Below, piece after piece: positions 1 to 13,258 of a stretch of 64,000 nt of DNA. How positions within the stretch are numbered: the stretch's first letter is position 1; each line of letters starts with the position of its first letter. The notes beneath the pieces are model-generated. The model was not told the DNA's origin. It did not search any database and saw only the letters and a program-made list of their open reading frames with translations. The position numbers and the translations under genes are program-made. Origin of the DNA: Mobula hypostoma (lineage: Eukaryota); the NCBI RefSeq assembly GCF_963921235.1, contig NC_086097.1, forward strand, positions 10,044,001-10,108,000, given 5' to 3'.

Positions 1-519
1 GCCACTGGAAGCATTTAATAGGTAGTGGGAGCTTATCCCTCCCACCTTCCCTGACTATGACAACCTTAAGGAACCAGGAGTAGGGGGAATGTAACAATGA
101 TCGTCACGCACACACACACACAACTGCTAATATGAACATCCATCAAGTTTTAAATAACCTGTATGCAGATTACTCAATTAGCCTGACAAAGTTCAACCCT
201 GGAAGTTAAAAATTCATGCTCACAGTATGTCAGTACATGACTGCACTTCCAGGGAAGCAGTCTGCTGAACAACATGAAACTTTAATTGAGGGTAGATTGT
301 TCCCTTACCAAGTTTCAAACTAACTGTGGACCCTGGGCTTGTTGTCTGAATTTTACAAGGTTTTGACAAGAAAGTTATGAAATCAATTAGAATTACTTCT
401 AATAACTTAAAACTCATTCCAAATTAACTCTTACTTTAAATGGAGAATGTGGTTAAGCAAAGAGCACTGTACAATGAGATTTACAGGAAGATGTTTCCTT
501 CTTGACATTGCTACCTGCC

Positions 520-925
520 GCATCTCCAACACTGTCCTTAAGTCAGCTGTGGGGTCATTAGCCGGGAAACGCTGTTCATTGGTGTTTCGCTCCCTTGGCC
601 CTGGAACAACTCATGGTGGCGGAGCATCTCCCGGTCGCAAGCTGCAGTTTTGAATGGGGTTAGTTGGTCCCCAACCTCTATCCTTCCTTCACAGCCACAG
701 CCAAACACTGCCCTCTTCTGCCTCTTCAGGCAACTTCCTGGTGGCCTTCCTGAGCCTCGTTCCAGTCGCTGCTGTATCAAAGAGTAATGTCATCGTTGTT
801 GCACCAACAAAGCCCTGGTATCATACCTCAACAAGGTAGATGATGGTACACCAGCCAGCTTCCTTACACTCACCTGCCAGGTCTGAGTACGTCAGCCTCT
901 TCCATTTGTGGGCAACCTCCGCTCC
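520..925 (-). mobile_element. 3' fragment of an RLE-type non-LTR retrotransposon (HERO-like)
   Basis: Minus strand reads EVAHKWKRLTYSDLAGECKEAGWCTIIYLVEV*YQGFVG, matching the end of the restriction-like endonuclease domain (KY..L...C...GW.....VEVG.RGF); followed by a 3' UTR-like segment. Confidence 0.65.
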
Positions 926-1089
926 TTCATGCATTACCATATTCAATATTATGTTTTTTTCTAGTTATTCGTTGTAATGATTTGAAAGTAGCAAACTCCT
1001 GTGATTATAATAAAAAAAAAGTAGTGAGGGTATGGATGAACATTAGTCCATAATATTGGGGGAACAATTTACATATTCACCATATAGGT

Positions 1090-1385
1090 TGTCATGGTAG
1101 CATAGCATTTAAAGCAATGCTTTTACAGCTTGGTGCATCAGAGTTCAGAGTTCAACTCTAATATGCTTGGCAAGAAAGTTTGTACATCCTCCCTGTGATT
1201 GTATTGGTTTCCTCTGGGTGCTCTGGTTTCCTCCCACAGTTTCAAGACATAGGGGTTAGTAGGTTAATTGGTGATTGTAAATTGTACAGTGATTAGGCTA
1301 GGATTAAATAGGTGGGTTGCTGGGCTGTATGGCCCATTGGGCCAGAAGTGCCTGTTCTGCTCTGTATCTCCAAATAAAATTTAAA
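1090..1385 (+). mobile_element. V-domain tRNA-derived SINE (HE1-like), degenerate
   Basis: Decayed A/B boxes, V-core gtttcctctgggtgctctggtttcctcccacagt, CR1-like tail ending in an A-rich run. Confidence 0.75.
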
Positions 1386-2993
1386 AAAAAATTAAAATCT
1401 GCAACTTTTTTTGTTAGCTGCTATTATTCCCACGCTCACTCCACAGCGGAACTTAGCCAATCAGGAAGCGAAGGGTATATTTTGCTATTCCAGACCATGC
1501 CAAACTCCAGTCACATGACCAGGTGCGAGGCGTCAAATCCAGTGTGTTCCACTGGGGGTGGTGTGGCACGGTGACCAGGCTGGCATCGATGCTGCCCTCA
1601 TAATACTCGGCAAAAAACGAGCTGTGTTGTGGTCGTCTGCTGATCTCCGCAGCATTCACGGACTCAGGGCCTCAAGGTGCTGCTTTGCCTGTTTACAGCC
1701 ACCAGGAGAGAGGCGGTGATGCATGGTGCCGTCCCCAGGTGTTTGTGTGGCTCCATTTTACTGACACGTACTTGCTATCTTGAATATGCTTGGTGCTGTT
1801 GTCACAGTGCTTTGCACATTGGCCCTATAGTAATACTGTATCATTTAGCTGTATTCATGTATGGCTGAATGACAATTAAACTTGTATTGAATTAAAAAAA
1901 ACAGAACTGAATTGGGTATCAGTGACACTCCCAATGTACTTAGTGAGTCAGGCCCTTAGTTGTCAAAAAAAAAGACGTCCATTATATGACTAAAATTCAG
2001 AAACTTTTGAAACTGTTTACAATGAAATGAATAATCAACTGTTTGTAGTTACGAATAATAACCTCCAAATTAATAAATCTAAAGCACCAATGAATAACTA
2101 AAGCAAAATGATTAGAGCAAATTAGCTTAATAGTTCTTTTGACTTGTTACAATCTCTATTGCAGATTCATCACTAGTTCTAACGTGGCATGGGATTCAAG
2201 TGTGTCTTCCCCAGCAAGAGAACCTCAGCAAGAATTGCCACTGAGGAATGAAAATTCTGTGTGCTGAAGGTCCATTTAAATTGTAAGGCGGTATACTGCC
2301 ATTCAGCAATTCAACAGAACACAGTAACTGACTTAGTGTGATGCAGAGGACTGCCTTTCAGCCCATCAGTTCGTATCTGGGTGCCAGCAGAACAAGCTTA
2401 TCATCCCACTCACTCTTTCTTTGATTCCCTGTAGCTCTGTCATAGAGTTATAGAAGGGTACAGCACAGAAACAGGCCCTTCAGCCCATCTAGTCCATGCC
2501 AAACCCTTTAAATTGCTTACTCCCATTGACTGCCCCTGCACTCTGCTACTTAGTCTTTCACATACCCATAATCTCTTTCAGATTGTTTAACACTTTACTA
2601 CACTGAGGACAGTGACAGCGGCCAGTTATTGGATTCTGATGTTTTTTTTATTCCAAGGTTCTTTCAAAAGTCAAGAAAGGCACAGAACTTGCTTCATGAT
2701 CATTTTACTAAGTGCTAATAGAACTAAAGGAATTGGAAACAGAACATACATAGAATAGTACAGCACAATACAGGCCCTTTGGCCCACAATGTTGTGCCGA
2801 CCTTCAAACTCTGCCTCCCATATAACCCCCCCACCATAAATTCCTCCGTATACCTGTCCAGTAGTCTCTTAAACTTAATGGGGGAGAGTGAGAGTCTAAG
2901 AACAAAGGAAAAGAAGGGAAAGCATAAAGATGGTTAGGCAACATTGTCGGCTCTCCTTATACACCACAGATAAGAGGCAGTCCATTCATACAC

Positions 2994-3270
2994 AGTATGG
3001 TAGCATAGTGGTTAGCACAATGCTTTGCAATACAGGAGATCCAGGTTCAATTCCCACCACTGCCTGTACGGAGTTTGTACATTTTCCCCATGACCATGTG
3101 AATTTCCTCTGGTGCTCCAGTTTCCTCCCTAAGTCCAAAGGCATACTGGATGGTATGTTAATTGGTTATTGTAAATTGTTCTGTGATTAGGCTAGAATTA
3201 AATTGGGGGATTGCTGGGCATAGCTTGAAGGGCCTATTCCACGCTGCATCGCAATAAATAAATAACTAAA
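2994..3270 (+). mobile_element. V-domain tRNA-derived SINE (HE1-like)
   Basis: A box tagcatagtgg, B box ggttcaattcc, V-core ggtgctccagtttcctcc, (aaat)n tail. Confidence 0.8.
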
Positions 3271-3754
3271 TGAAATGTGTAGATAAGAGTTAACCAATCA
3301 TATAGCCCCTATTCAAAAAATGCAATACCAAGAAGCTTCCAGAAAAAGCAGATGTGTAACCAGAGAATAAATTGAACAATTGCATATGCATACTGTGACC
3401 ACTGGGAAACATACTAAAAAGTTACATGCATACAGGCAGTTATGTAAAGTACAAACTGGCGTAAATTCTTAAAGTGCTGAGAAAATATTAATTATACAGC
3501 CTAATCCCATAAAGTTAACCTATCAGCATGACTTTAGGATGTAGGTGGAAACCACGTCATCTTGAAAAATATACAAACTCAACACAGAATATTGCCAAAT
3601 CCAGCTCACTCTAGGTGTAAAGCAGAAGCACTAGCTAACCTGCAGTAGAATTTCCTTCCGATCAAGTACTGGGAAGACCAAACCTATTGTTCTCAGTCCT
3701 TCCTACAAACACTCACCTTCCATCTGCCTATAACCTGAAAGCTGTTCAGTGGAA

Positions 3755-3995
3755 GGAGAATTCAATATTCATGCCATCAAGTGGGAAGCTACCCAGATGG
3801 AATATAAGTTGTTGATTTTCCAACCTGAGGGTGGCCTCAATTTGGCACAAGCTGAGGCCTTGGATCAACGCATAGGAATGGGAATGGAATAGGAATTAAA
3901 ATGGTTGGCCATCGGGAAATCCTGCTTGTGGCGGATAGTGTGGAGGTGCTTGACGAAGTGACCCCCTAATTTATGACTATTCTCACCAATGTAGA
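3755..3995 (-). mobile_element. Penelope-like element GIY-YIG C-terminal fragment, degenerate
   Basis: Similar to the GIY-YIG end of the element at 47630-47890 (GMNIEF terminus; HF.SYSIPIP region). Confidence 0.7.
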
Positions 3996-4974
3996 GAAAG
4001 ATGATGATGACATTATTCCATAAATAATTTATTCTGTGTGTTCAGCAAGCAAGTACAAGTTCAAGGTCAAGTTTATTGTCAACTAATGGTACATCTATAC
4101 ATCCCAATGAAACAATGTTCCTCTGGAGCATGATGTACCCACAATATATGTATTATTCACAGCTGATAAAACGTGTGGTCAGTGCCAATATCTACATACT
4201 TCCCCTGAAGTTCAAATTCAAGCATATTGTCATCTGACTGTACATACATATAGAACAAAATGAAACAATAGTGCACCCACCATACATATATCACACACAA
4301 AACATAAAACAAAATATTAGCACAATAAGTTAATGAAACATAATTCAAAATGCATGTAGTGTGGCCACTCCCAAACACAACCAAAGTACTTGATCTGCAT
4401 TTTTCTTTAGATTGTTATATTTATCACATTTCAATGCACTCATAGTCTCCATAAATGCCATCTGCACCTTTATTGTGTGAGTGAGCTGAGGTAATCTTTT
4501 CTACTGTTGTAATTCATGTGGTCTGCTGGTTGTCTGACCATTACTGCAGCTGGGTGTTGACCTTAATCCATCAACCCTGACTGGGAGTACAAACTTTGCA
4601 GTGTTGCAAGGAAACTAGCTCATGCAGCTCTCCACTTCAGTCTGCCCCATCTGGTTGGTGAATCACAGGTTTATTTTAGTGATAAGCAGTAATAGAAGTA
4701 TAAGAATTTCAAATGACATCCTTTTGGCAAGGATGAAAGTGCGAGCATTACTCAGTTTCTCTCAATCTGCTGAAATAAAGGTATTTGCTATGTCAACAGA
4801 TTTGGTTTTATCATCTTCATTACGCCAAATGCTACAGAAAGCGATGTTGGCAGAATGAGTAGGAGCTGGTAATTGAGAATCTGTGTTTACTGCAAAAAAA
4901 AAGTTTCTATTAGGTTGGTTATGGGAATACCATATACACTCAGTTGTCAACTTTTGTACCTAAAAGTGGCCACA

Positions 4975-5065
4975 AAGTGTATGTTTGTGGTCTTCTGCTT
5001 CTGTAGCCCATCCAATTCAAGGTTCAATGTGTTATGTGTGATGCTGTTCTGTACACCACTATTGT
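4975..5065. mobile_element. Short Tc1/mariner-like transposon fragment
   Basis: tggtcttctgcttctgtagcccatccaattcaaggttcaatgtgtt resembles a segment of fish Tc1-like elements (recognition from memory). Confidence 0.45.
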
Positions 5066-6940
5066 GAAACAACAGAAAGCAACTGAAAAAGTCATTAAAA
5101 AGGTAAAGATTGAATATGAGAGTAAGTTAGCCAATAATATTAAGAAGGATACCATAAGTTTCTTCAGATACAAGAAGTGTAAAAGAGAGGCGAGAGTGGA
5201 TATCGGACCACTGGAAAACGATGCTGGAGAGGTAGTAATGGGGAACAAGGAAATGATGGATGAACTGAATAAGTATTTTGCATCAGTCTTCACTGTTGGC
5301 ATCATAAAATGAATGAAGCTACCATAACTAGAGTGAAGGCTCTTGGGAAACTGAAGGTCTAAATGTCGATCAGTCACCAGGACCAGATGGTGTACAACCC
5401 AAAGTTCTGAAAGAGGTGTCTGAAGAGATTGTGGAGGCATTAATAATGATCATCCAAGAATCACTAGAATCTGGAATGATTCTGGAAGGATGGAAAATTG
5501 CAAATCTCACTCTGCTCTACAAGAATGGAGAGAGGCAGAAGAAAGGAAGATACAGGCCAGTTAGTCTGACTCAGTGTTTGGGAATATTTTGGAGATAATT
5601 ATTCAGGATGAGGTCTCGGTAATTGGAGGCACAAAATAAAATAGGCTATAGTCAGCATCGTTTCCTCAAGGGAAAGTCTTGGCTGACAAATCTTTTGCAA
5701 TTCTTTGAAGAAATAACAAGTAGGACAGGCAAAGGAGAATCAGTTTATGCTGTTTACTTGGAGTTTCAGAAGGTGTTTGACAAAGTAGCACACATGAGGC
5801 TGCTTGACAAGCTACACCTTTGGTATTACAGAAAAAATGTTAGTATGGATAAAGCAGAGGCTGATTGGCAGGATGCAAATGGCAGAGCAGTTTCAATGGG
5901 CCAAAAGACTTAATTCTGCTGCTATATCAATGTGGGAATAAACGGAGCCTTTTCTGGTTGGCTGCCGGTGACTAGTCTGTGTTGGGACCGATTCTTTTTA
6001 CGTTATATGTCAATGATGTGGATGATGGAATCAATGGCTTTGATGCCAAGTTTGCAGATGATATGAAAATGGGTGGAGGGTAAGTAGTTTTGAGGAAGTA
6101 GGGAGGCTATAGAAGGACATAGACAGACTAGGAGAATAGGCACAGAAGTGACAGATGGAATATCGTGTCAAGAAGTGTATGGTAATACCATTTGGTAGAA
6201 GAAATCAAAGGGTTGACAATTTCTAAATGGAGAAGAAAATACAAAAACTGAGGTGCAAGGGAACTTGGGAGTCCTTGTATAGGATTCCCTAAAGGTTAAT
6301 TTGCAGGTTGAGTCTGTGGTGAAGAAGACAAAAGCGATGTTCACACTCATTTCAAGAGGACTAGAATATAACTGCAAGGATGCAATGTTGAGACTTTATA
6401 AAACAGTGGGGAGGCCTCACTTGGAGTATTCTGAGCAGGATCTTAGAAAGGAAGCGCTGAAACTTGAGCGGATTCAAAGGAGTTTCACAAAAGTGATTCT
6501 AGGTTTGAACAGCTTGTCATATGAAGAGCGTTTGATGACTCTGCGTTTGTTCAGAAGAATGAGGGGTGACCTATTGAATGGTGAAAGGCTTTGACAGAGT
6601 GGATATGGATAGGATGTTTCCTATGGTGGCAGAGTCTAAGACCAAGAAACATTGCCTCAGAATAGAGGTGTGTCCTTTTAGATCAGAGATAAGGAGGAAA
6701 TTCTTTAGTTGAGTAGTGGATCTGTGGAATTCAATGCCACAGGCAGATGTGGAAGCCTAGTTTTTATGTATATTTAAGGCAGAGGTTGAGCGATTCTCAA
6801 TTGGTTAGAGCATAAAGCGATATGGGGAAAAGGCAGGAGATTTGGGTTGAAAGGAAAATTGGATTAGCTGTGATGAAATGGCAGAGGAGTTTGGATGGGC
6901 CAAATAGCTCAATTCTGCTCCTATATCCTATGGCCTTATG
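5066..6940 (+). mobile_element. 5'-truncated degenerate CR1 (HER1-like) LINE, ORF2 RT and 3' UTR
   Basis: YRPVSLT, KGKSWLTNLLQFFEEIT, YLEFQKVFDKV, KFADD, RPHLEY; 3' end gatgggccaaatagctcaattctgctcctatatcc. Confidence 0.9.
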
Positions 6941-7839
6941 GAACTGCACCATTAGGTTTAGGAAACACATTTGAAGACAATTATGGGTTTTTAAGCAAAC
7001 AGTTGCAACAAATGTGTGACAATCTCCCATTAATTTCAAAGAGCCCACCCTGTACCTGCTAGGTTAGCCTTGCAAAGATTCAGCGGATAGACTTCTTAGC
7101 CAGGAAGTTGGCTAATTGATAGAGATTTATGCTGCTCTGTCAGATTCCATGAAGTTCTCATTTAAGCACAGATGCACCTTGGCTGATGCCCTGTTCAACC
7201 AGAGATTTTGCCACAGCTTATGCTAGAGAAAAGCCTAGCTAGTCATATTTTGGGCGTCTGGGTGTAGCTACATTTCCACCAAAGGCACTCTTTTCTAGCC
7301 TGCAGGTCACCTTTGGCAAGGTGTAGCACCTGCTTAGCCCACCACCCCCACCGCCTTCTGATCCAGGTCACAAGAAACCATGGAGCAGGTGGTTTGATGG
7401 TCATATGAGCAGCTGATGCATGTCGCAAGTCCTGGTTATGCAAACACTAATGCCAGGCAGGCAGTCTCTGAAATGTCTGGTTAATGGCCGACATCTCTTG
7501 TCTGGTAAAGACTATGCCCAGGAGAAGGCAATGACAAACAACTTCTGTAGAAAAATCTGCCAAGAACAATCATGGTCAGATTCCCTTCATCAAGACTACT
7601 GAAGGGTCTCAGTTTAAAACATTGACTGCTTACTCATTTCCATAGAGGCTGCTTGACTTGCTGAGTTCCTCCAGCATTTTGTGTGTGTTGTTTGGATTTC
7701 CAGCATCTGCAGATTTTCTCATCCTATTCATATTTGGCAGATGATTCATATGGATCTAGGTGGTACAGTCAGAATCAGAATCTGGTTTAATATTACTGGA
7801 ATATGTGGTGAAATTTGTTGTTTTGCTAAGATATCCAGC

Positions 7840-8075
7840 ATGTATTTATTGAGATATACAGTGTGGGATAGGCCCTACCTGCCCTTCGAGCCATGATGCC
7901 TAGCAACTCACGACAACCCTGATTTATCTCTTTTTACAATTTACAATGACCAGTTAACCTCCCCTGTGCATCTTTGAACTGTGGGAGGAAACTGGAGCAC
8001 CCAGGGAAAGACATGCAATCCATGAAGAGAGTGTACAGAGATTTCTTACAGACGATGCAGGAATTGAACTGGGGT
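7840..8075 (-). mobile_element. HE1-like SINE inserted in a Rex1 3' tail
   Basis: Reverse V-core gtgggaggaaactggagcacccagggaaag. Confidence 0.75.
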
Positions 8076-8079
8076 TCAC

Positions 8080-8690
8080 TGTCCATTCAGAAATTTAATA
8101 GACAGGGGAAGAAGCTGTTACTAAAATGTTGAATGTGTGACTTCAAGCAAGATGAGAAAATCTGCACCTCCTCCCTGATGGTAGCAATGAGAAGAAGTTG
8201 TGTCCTGAGTGATGAGGGCATATCCTGGATGAATGATGGATGTGCCTTCCTGAGGCATCTCCTTTTGAAGATGTTCCTGGATGCTGGGGCGGTTAGTGCC
8301 CTGATGGAGCTTGCTGAGTTTACAAATTTTTGTTGCTTTTTCTGATTCTGTGCAGTGGCTCTTCCACACCAGATAATGATGCAACCAGTTAGAATGCTCC
8401 CCGTGGTACAGCTGTAAAAATGTTCAAGTATCTTTGGCGACTTATCAATTCTCCTCAAACTCGTAAATAATATTACTACTGTTGTTCCTTTTTGTAATTG
8501 CATCGATATGTTGGGCCCAGGTGTTGACACCGAGGAACTTGAAAATGCTCACCCTTTCCACTTCTGCTCCCTCAATAAGGACTGGTGTGTGTTCCCTCAA
8601 TTTCACCTTCCTGAAATCCATTATCAATTCCTTGGTCTTGGTGACATTGAGTACAAGGTTGTTGCTGTGACACCGCTCATCCACATAGTC
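8080..8690 (-). mobile_element. Rex1/Babar LINE RT 3' fragment
   Basis: LNVTKTKELIMDFRK, FKFLGV, YSCTTGSILTGCIIIW, NSFFP motifs. Confidence 0.85.
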
Positions 8691-9305
8691 TTGTGCGAAG
8701 CATGGATCCTTGAGGTACAACAATATCAGAATACTGTGGTTATACTCTGATAATATTATGTAGTTCAGAACATAATGTTCTGAAATTACTCACTTTATTT
8801 CTGAATAATAAAAAACAAACAAATTTGAGAACAATCACTGGGAAACCTCTCACCAATTATATTTACTACAGGCAATAAAGTGCTTTATTATTTTACTTGT
8901 TACTGTGTGATTACAAAATGGAATTACTACAATTATTAGCAAACATTGAATAACATACTTAGACATTGTTAAGGACTTAGGAAAAGATTCTGAAGAAGAA
9001 TATCATCCCAACTCATTTTACTAATCATGCTTCATTATTATTTAACATTATCCTGTGACTAATGTTACAGTAGAAATGGTAATCCACACTAAGTTCAAGG
9101 TCAAATTCAAGTTCAGTTTATTCTCATTCAACCATACACATGTATACACCAAACAAAACAATGTCCTTCTGGACCATGCAGCACAAAACAGTGCATATAA
9201 TTTATATACACAACATGTAGGTAATATTACCAAAAATAACAGAAACGGGCAAGGTGAGGAAGGTTTGGTATTCATTTTTTGTTGTTATTTGAGGAGAGGA
9301 GCAGT

Positions 9306-10209
9306 ATGAGTGTGAGGGCGGTTTGTTGTTCTCGGTGTCGGATGTGGGAGGCCCTGGAGTCTCCAGGCCTCCCGGACGTCCACATCTGTGCCAGGTGCGC
9401 CGAGATGCAGCTCCTAAGGGACCACGTTAGGGAACTGGAGCTGCAGCTCGATGACCTTTGTCTGGTCAGGGAGAGTGAGAAGGTGATAGAGAGGAGTTAC
9501 AGGCAGGTGGTCACACCGGGGCCACGGGAGGCAGACAAGTGGGTCACGGTTAGGAAGGGGAAGGGGAAGAGTCAGGTAATAGAGAGTACCCCTGTGGCTG
9601 TGCCCCTTGACAATAAATACTCCTGTTTGAGTACTGTTGGGGGGGGACAGCTTACCTGGGGGAAGCAACAGTGACCGTGCCTCCGGCACAGAGTCTGGCC
9701 CTATAGCTCAGAAGCGTAGTGAAAGGAAGAGGAGGGCAGCTGTAATAGGGGACTCGATAGTAAAGGGGTCAGATAGGCGATTCTGTGGATGCAGTCCAGA
9801 GACCGGGATGGTAGTTTGCCTCCCTGGTGCCAGGGTCCGGGATATTTCTGATGATATCCTGAAGTGGGAGGGTGAGGAGCCAGAGGTCGTGGTACATATA
9901 GGTACCAATGACATAGGTAGGAAAAGGGAAGAGGTCCTGAAAGGAGAATATAGGGAGTTAGGAAGGGAGTTGAGAAAAAGGACCGCAAAGGTAGTAATCT
10001 CGGGATTACTGCCTGTGCCATGCGACAGTGAGAGTAGGAATGCAATGAGGTGGAGGATAAATGCGTGGCTGAGGGATTGGAGCAGGGGGCAGGGATTCAA
10101 GTTTTTGGATCATTGGGACTTCTTTTGGCGCAGGTGTGACCTGTACAAAAAGGATGGATTACACTTGAATCCCAGGGGGACCAATATCCTGGTTTGCGAG
10201 GGCTACTGA
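9306..10209 (+). pseudogene. CR1 ORF1 (CxxC...CxxC finger, leucine zipper, SGNH/GDSL esterase); frameshift at the G-run near 9640
   Basis: CSRCRMW...HICARC, LRDHVRELELQLDDL; esterase blocks VIGDSIV, VVVHIGTND, DGLHLN. Confidence 0.9.
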
Positions 10210-10449
10210 GGTGACTTTAGACTAGAATGGTTGGGGGGTGGGAATCAAATTAAAGAGACTAGGAGAGGGGAGGTTAGTTCAGAACGGGGGGATGGGAACC
10301 AGTGCAGAGAAACAAAGGGGTGTAAAATGAGGGTAGAAGCAAAAAGTAGTAGGGTGAAAAGTAAAAGTTGCAGGCCGGCAACTCCAGGGCAAAAATCAAA
10401 AAGGGCCACTTTTCAACATAATTGTATGAGGGCTAAGAGTGTTGTAAAA

Positions 10450-13258
10450 GCAAGCCCGAAGGCTTTGTGTGTCAATGCAAGGAGCATTCGTAACAAGGTG
10501 GATGAATTAAAAGTGCAGATTGTTATTAATGAATATGATATAGTTGGGATCACAGAGACATGGCTCCAGGGTGACCAAGGATGGGAGCTCAACGTTCATG
10601 GATATTCAATATTCAGGAGGGATAGACATGAAAGAAAAGGAGGTGGAGTAGCATTGCTGGTTAGAGAGGAGATTAACGCAATAGAAAGGAAGGACATAAG
10701 CCGGGAAGATGTGGAATCGATATGGGTAGAGCTGCATAACACTAAGGGGCAGAAAACACTGGTGGGAGTTGTGTACAGGCCACCTAACAGTAGTAGTGAG
10801 GTTGAGGATGGTATTAAACAGGAAATTAGAAATGTGTGCAATAAAGGAACAGCAGTTATAATGGGTGACTTCAATCTACATGTAGATTGGGTGAACCAAA
10901 TTGGTAAGGGTGCTGAGGAAGAGGATTTCTTGGAATGTATGCGGGATGGTTTTTTGAACCAACATGTGGAGGAACCGACTAGAGAGTGGGCCATTCTAGA
11001 CTGGGTATTGAGGAATGAGGAAGGGTTAATTAGCAATCTTGCTGTGAGAGGCCCCTTGGGTAAGAGTGACTATAATATGGTGGAATTCTTCATTAAGATG
11101 GAGAGTGACAAAGTTAATTCAGAAACAAAGGTTCTGAACTTTAAAAAAGGGTAACTTTGAAGGTATGAGACGTGAATTAGCTAAGATAGACTGGCAAATG
11201 ACATTTAAAGGATTGACGGTGGATATGCAATGGCAAGCATTTAAAGATCGCATGGATGAACTACAACAATTGTTCATCCCAGTTTGGCAAAAGAATAAAT
11301 CAAGGAAGGTGGTGTACCTGTGGCTGACAAGGGAAATTAGGGATAGTATCAATTCCAAAGAAGAAGCATACAAACAGAAAAAGTGGCTCATCTGAGGACT
11401 GGGAGAAATTCAGAGTCCAGCAGAGGAGGACAAAGGGCTTAATTAGGAAGGGCAAAAGCGATTATGAGAGAAAACTGGCAAGGAACATAAAGACTGACTG
11501 TAAAAGTTTTTATAGGTATGTAAAAAGAAAAAGATTGGTTAAGACAAATATAGGTCCCCTACAGACAGAAACAGGTGAATTGATTATGGGGAGCAAGGAC
11601 ATGGCAGACCAATTGAGTAACTACTTTGGTTCTGTCTTCACTGAGGAGGACATAAATAATCTTCCGGAAATCGTAGGGGTCAGAGGGTCCAGTGAGATGG
11701 AGGAACTGAGGGAAATGCATGTTAGTAGGGAAGTGGTGTTAGGTAAATTGAAGGGATTAAAGGCAGATAAATCCCCAGGGCCAGATGGTCTGCATCCTAG
11801 AGTGCTTAAGGAAGTAGCCCAAGAAATAGTGAATGCATTAGTAATAATTTTTCAAAACTCTTTCGATTCTGGACTAGCTCCTGAGGATTGGAGGGTGGTG
11901 AATGTAACCCCACTTTTTAAAAAAGGAGGGAGAGAGAAACCGGGGAATTATGGACCGGTTAGCCTAATGTCGGTGGTGGGGAAAATGCTAGAGTCAGTTA
12001 TCAAAGATGTGATAACAGCGCATTTGGAAAGCAGTGAAATCTTCAGACAAAGTCAGCATGGATTTGTGAAAGGAAAATCATGTCTGACGAATCTCATAGA
12101 ATTTTTTAAGGATGTAACTAGTAGAGTGGATAGGGGAGAACCAGTGGATGTGGTATACTTGGATTTTCAAAAGGCTTTTGATAAGGTCCCACACAGGAGA
12201 TTAATATGCAAACTTAAAGCACACAGTATTGGGAGTAAGGTATTGATGTGGAAAGAGAATTGGTTGGCAGACAGGAAACAACGAGTGGGAATGAACGGGA
12301 CCTTTTCAGAATGGCAGGCAGTGACTAGTCGGGTACCGCAAGGCTCAGTGCTGGGACCCCAGTTGTTTACAATATATATTAATGACTTAGATGAGGGAAT
12401 TAAATGCAGCATCTCCAAGTTTGAGAATGACACAAAGCTGGGCGGCAGTGTTAGCTGTGAGGAGGATGCTAAGAGGATGCAGGGTGACTTGGATAGGTTG
12501 GGTGAGTGGGCAAATTCATGGCAGATGCAATTTAATGTGGATAAATGTGAGGTTATCCACTTTGGTGGCAAAAACAGGAAACAGATTATTATCTGAATGG
12601 TGGCCGATTAGGAAAAGGGGAGGTGCAGCGAGACCTGGGTGTCATTATACACAAGTCATTGAAAGTGGGCATGCAGGTACAGCAGGCGGTGAAAAAGGCG
12701 AATGGTATGCTGGCATTTATAGCAAGAAGATTCGAGTACAGGAGCAGGGAGGTACTACTGCAGTTGTACAAGGCCTTGGTGAGACCACACATGGAGTACT
12801 GTGTGCAGTTTTGGTCCCCTAATCTGAGGAAAGACATCCTTGCCATAGAGGGAGTACAAAGAAGGTTCACCAGATTGATTCCTGGGATGGCAGGACTTTC
12901 ATATGATGAAAGACTGGATCAACTAGGCTTATACTCTCTGGAATTTAGAAGATTGAGGGCAGAAGTTATTGAAACGTATAAAATCCTAAAGGGATTGGAC
13001 AGGCTAGATGCAGGAAGATTGTTCCTGATGTTGGGGAAGTCCAGAATGAGGGGTCACAGTTTGAGGATAAAGGGGAAGCCTTTTAGGACCGAGATTAGGA
13101 AAAACTTCTTCACACAGAGAGTGGTGAATCTGTGGAATTCTCTGCCACAGGAAACAGTTGAGGCCAGTTCATTGGCTATATTTAAGAAGGAGTTAGATAT
13201 GGCCCTTGTGGCTAAAGGGATCAGGGGGTATGGGGGGAAGGCTGGTACAGGGTTCTGA
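10450..13258 (+). pseudogene. CR1 ORF2 (APE endonuclease + reverse transcriptase), several frameshifts
   Basis: [57 protein letters not shown] in place of FADD, RPHMEY; pieces 10231-11154, 11165-11395, 11535-12596, 12623-13258. Confidence 0.92.
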
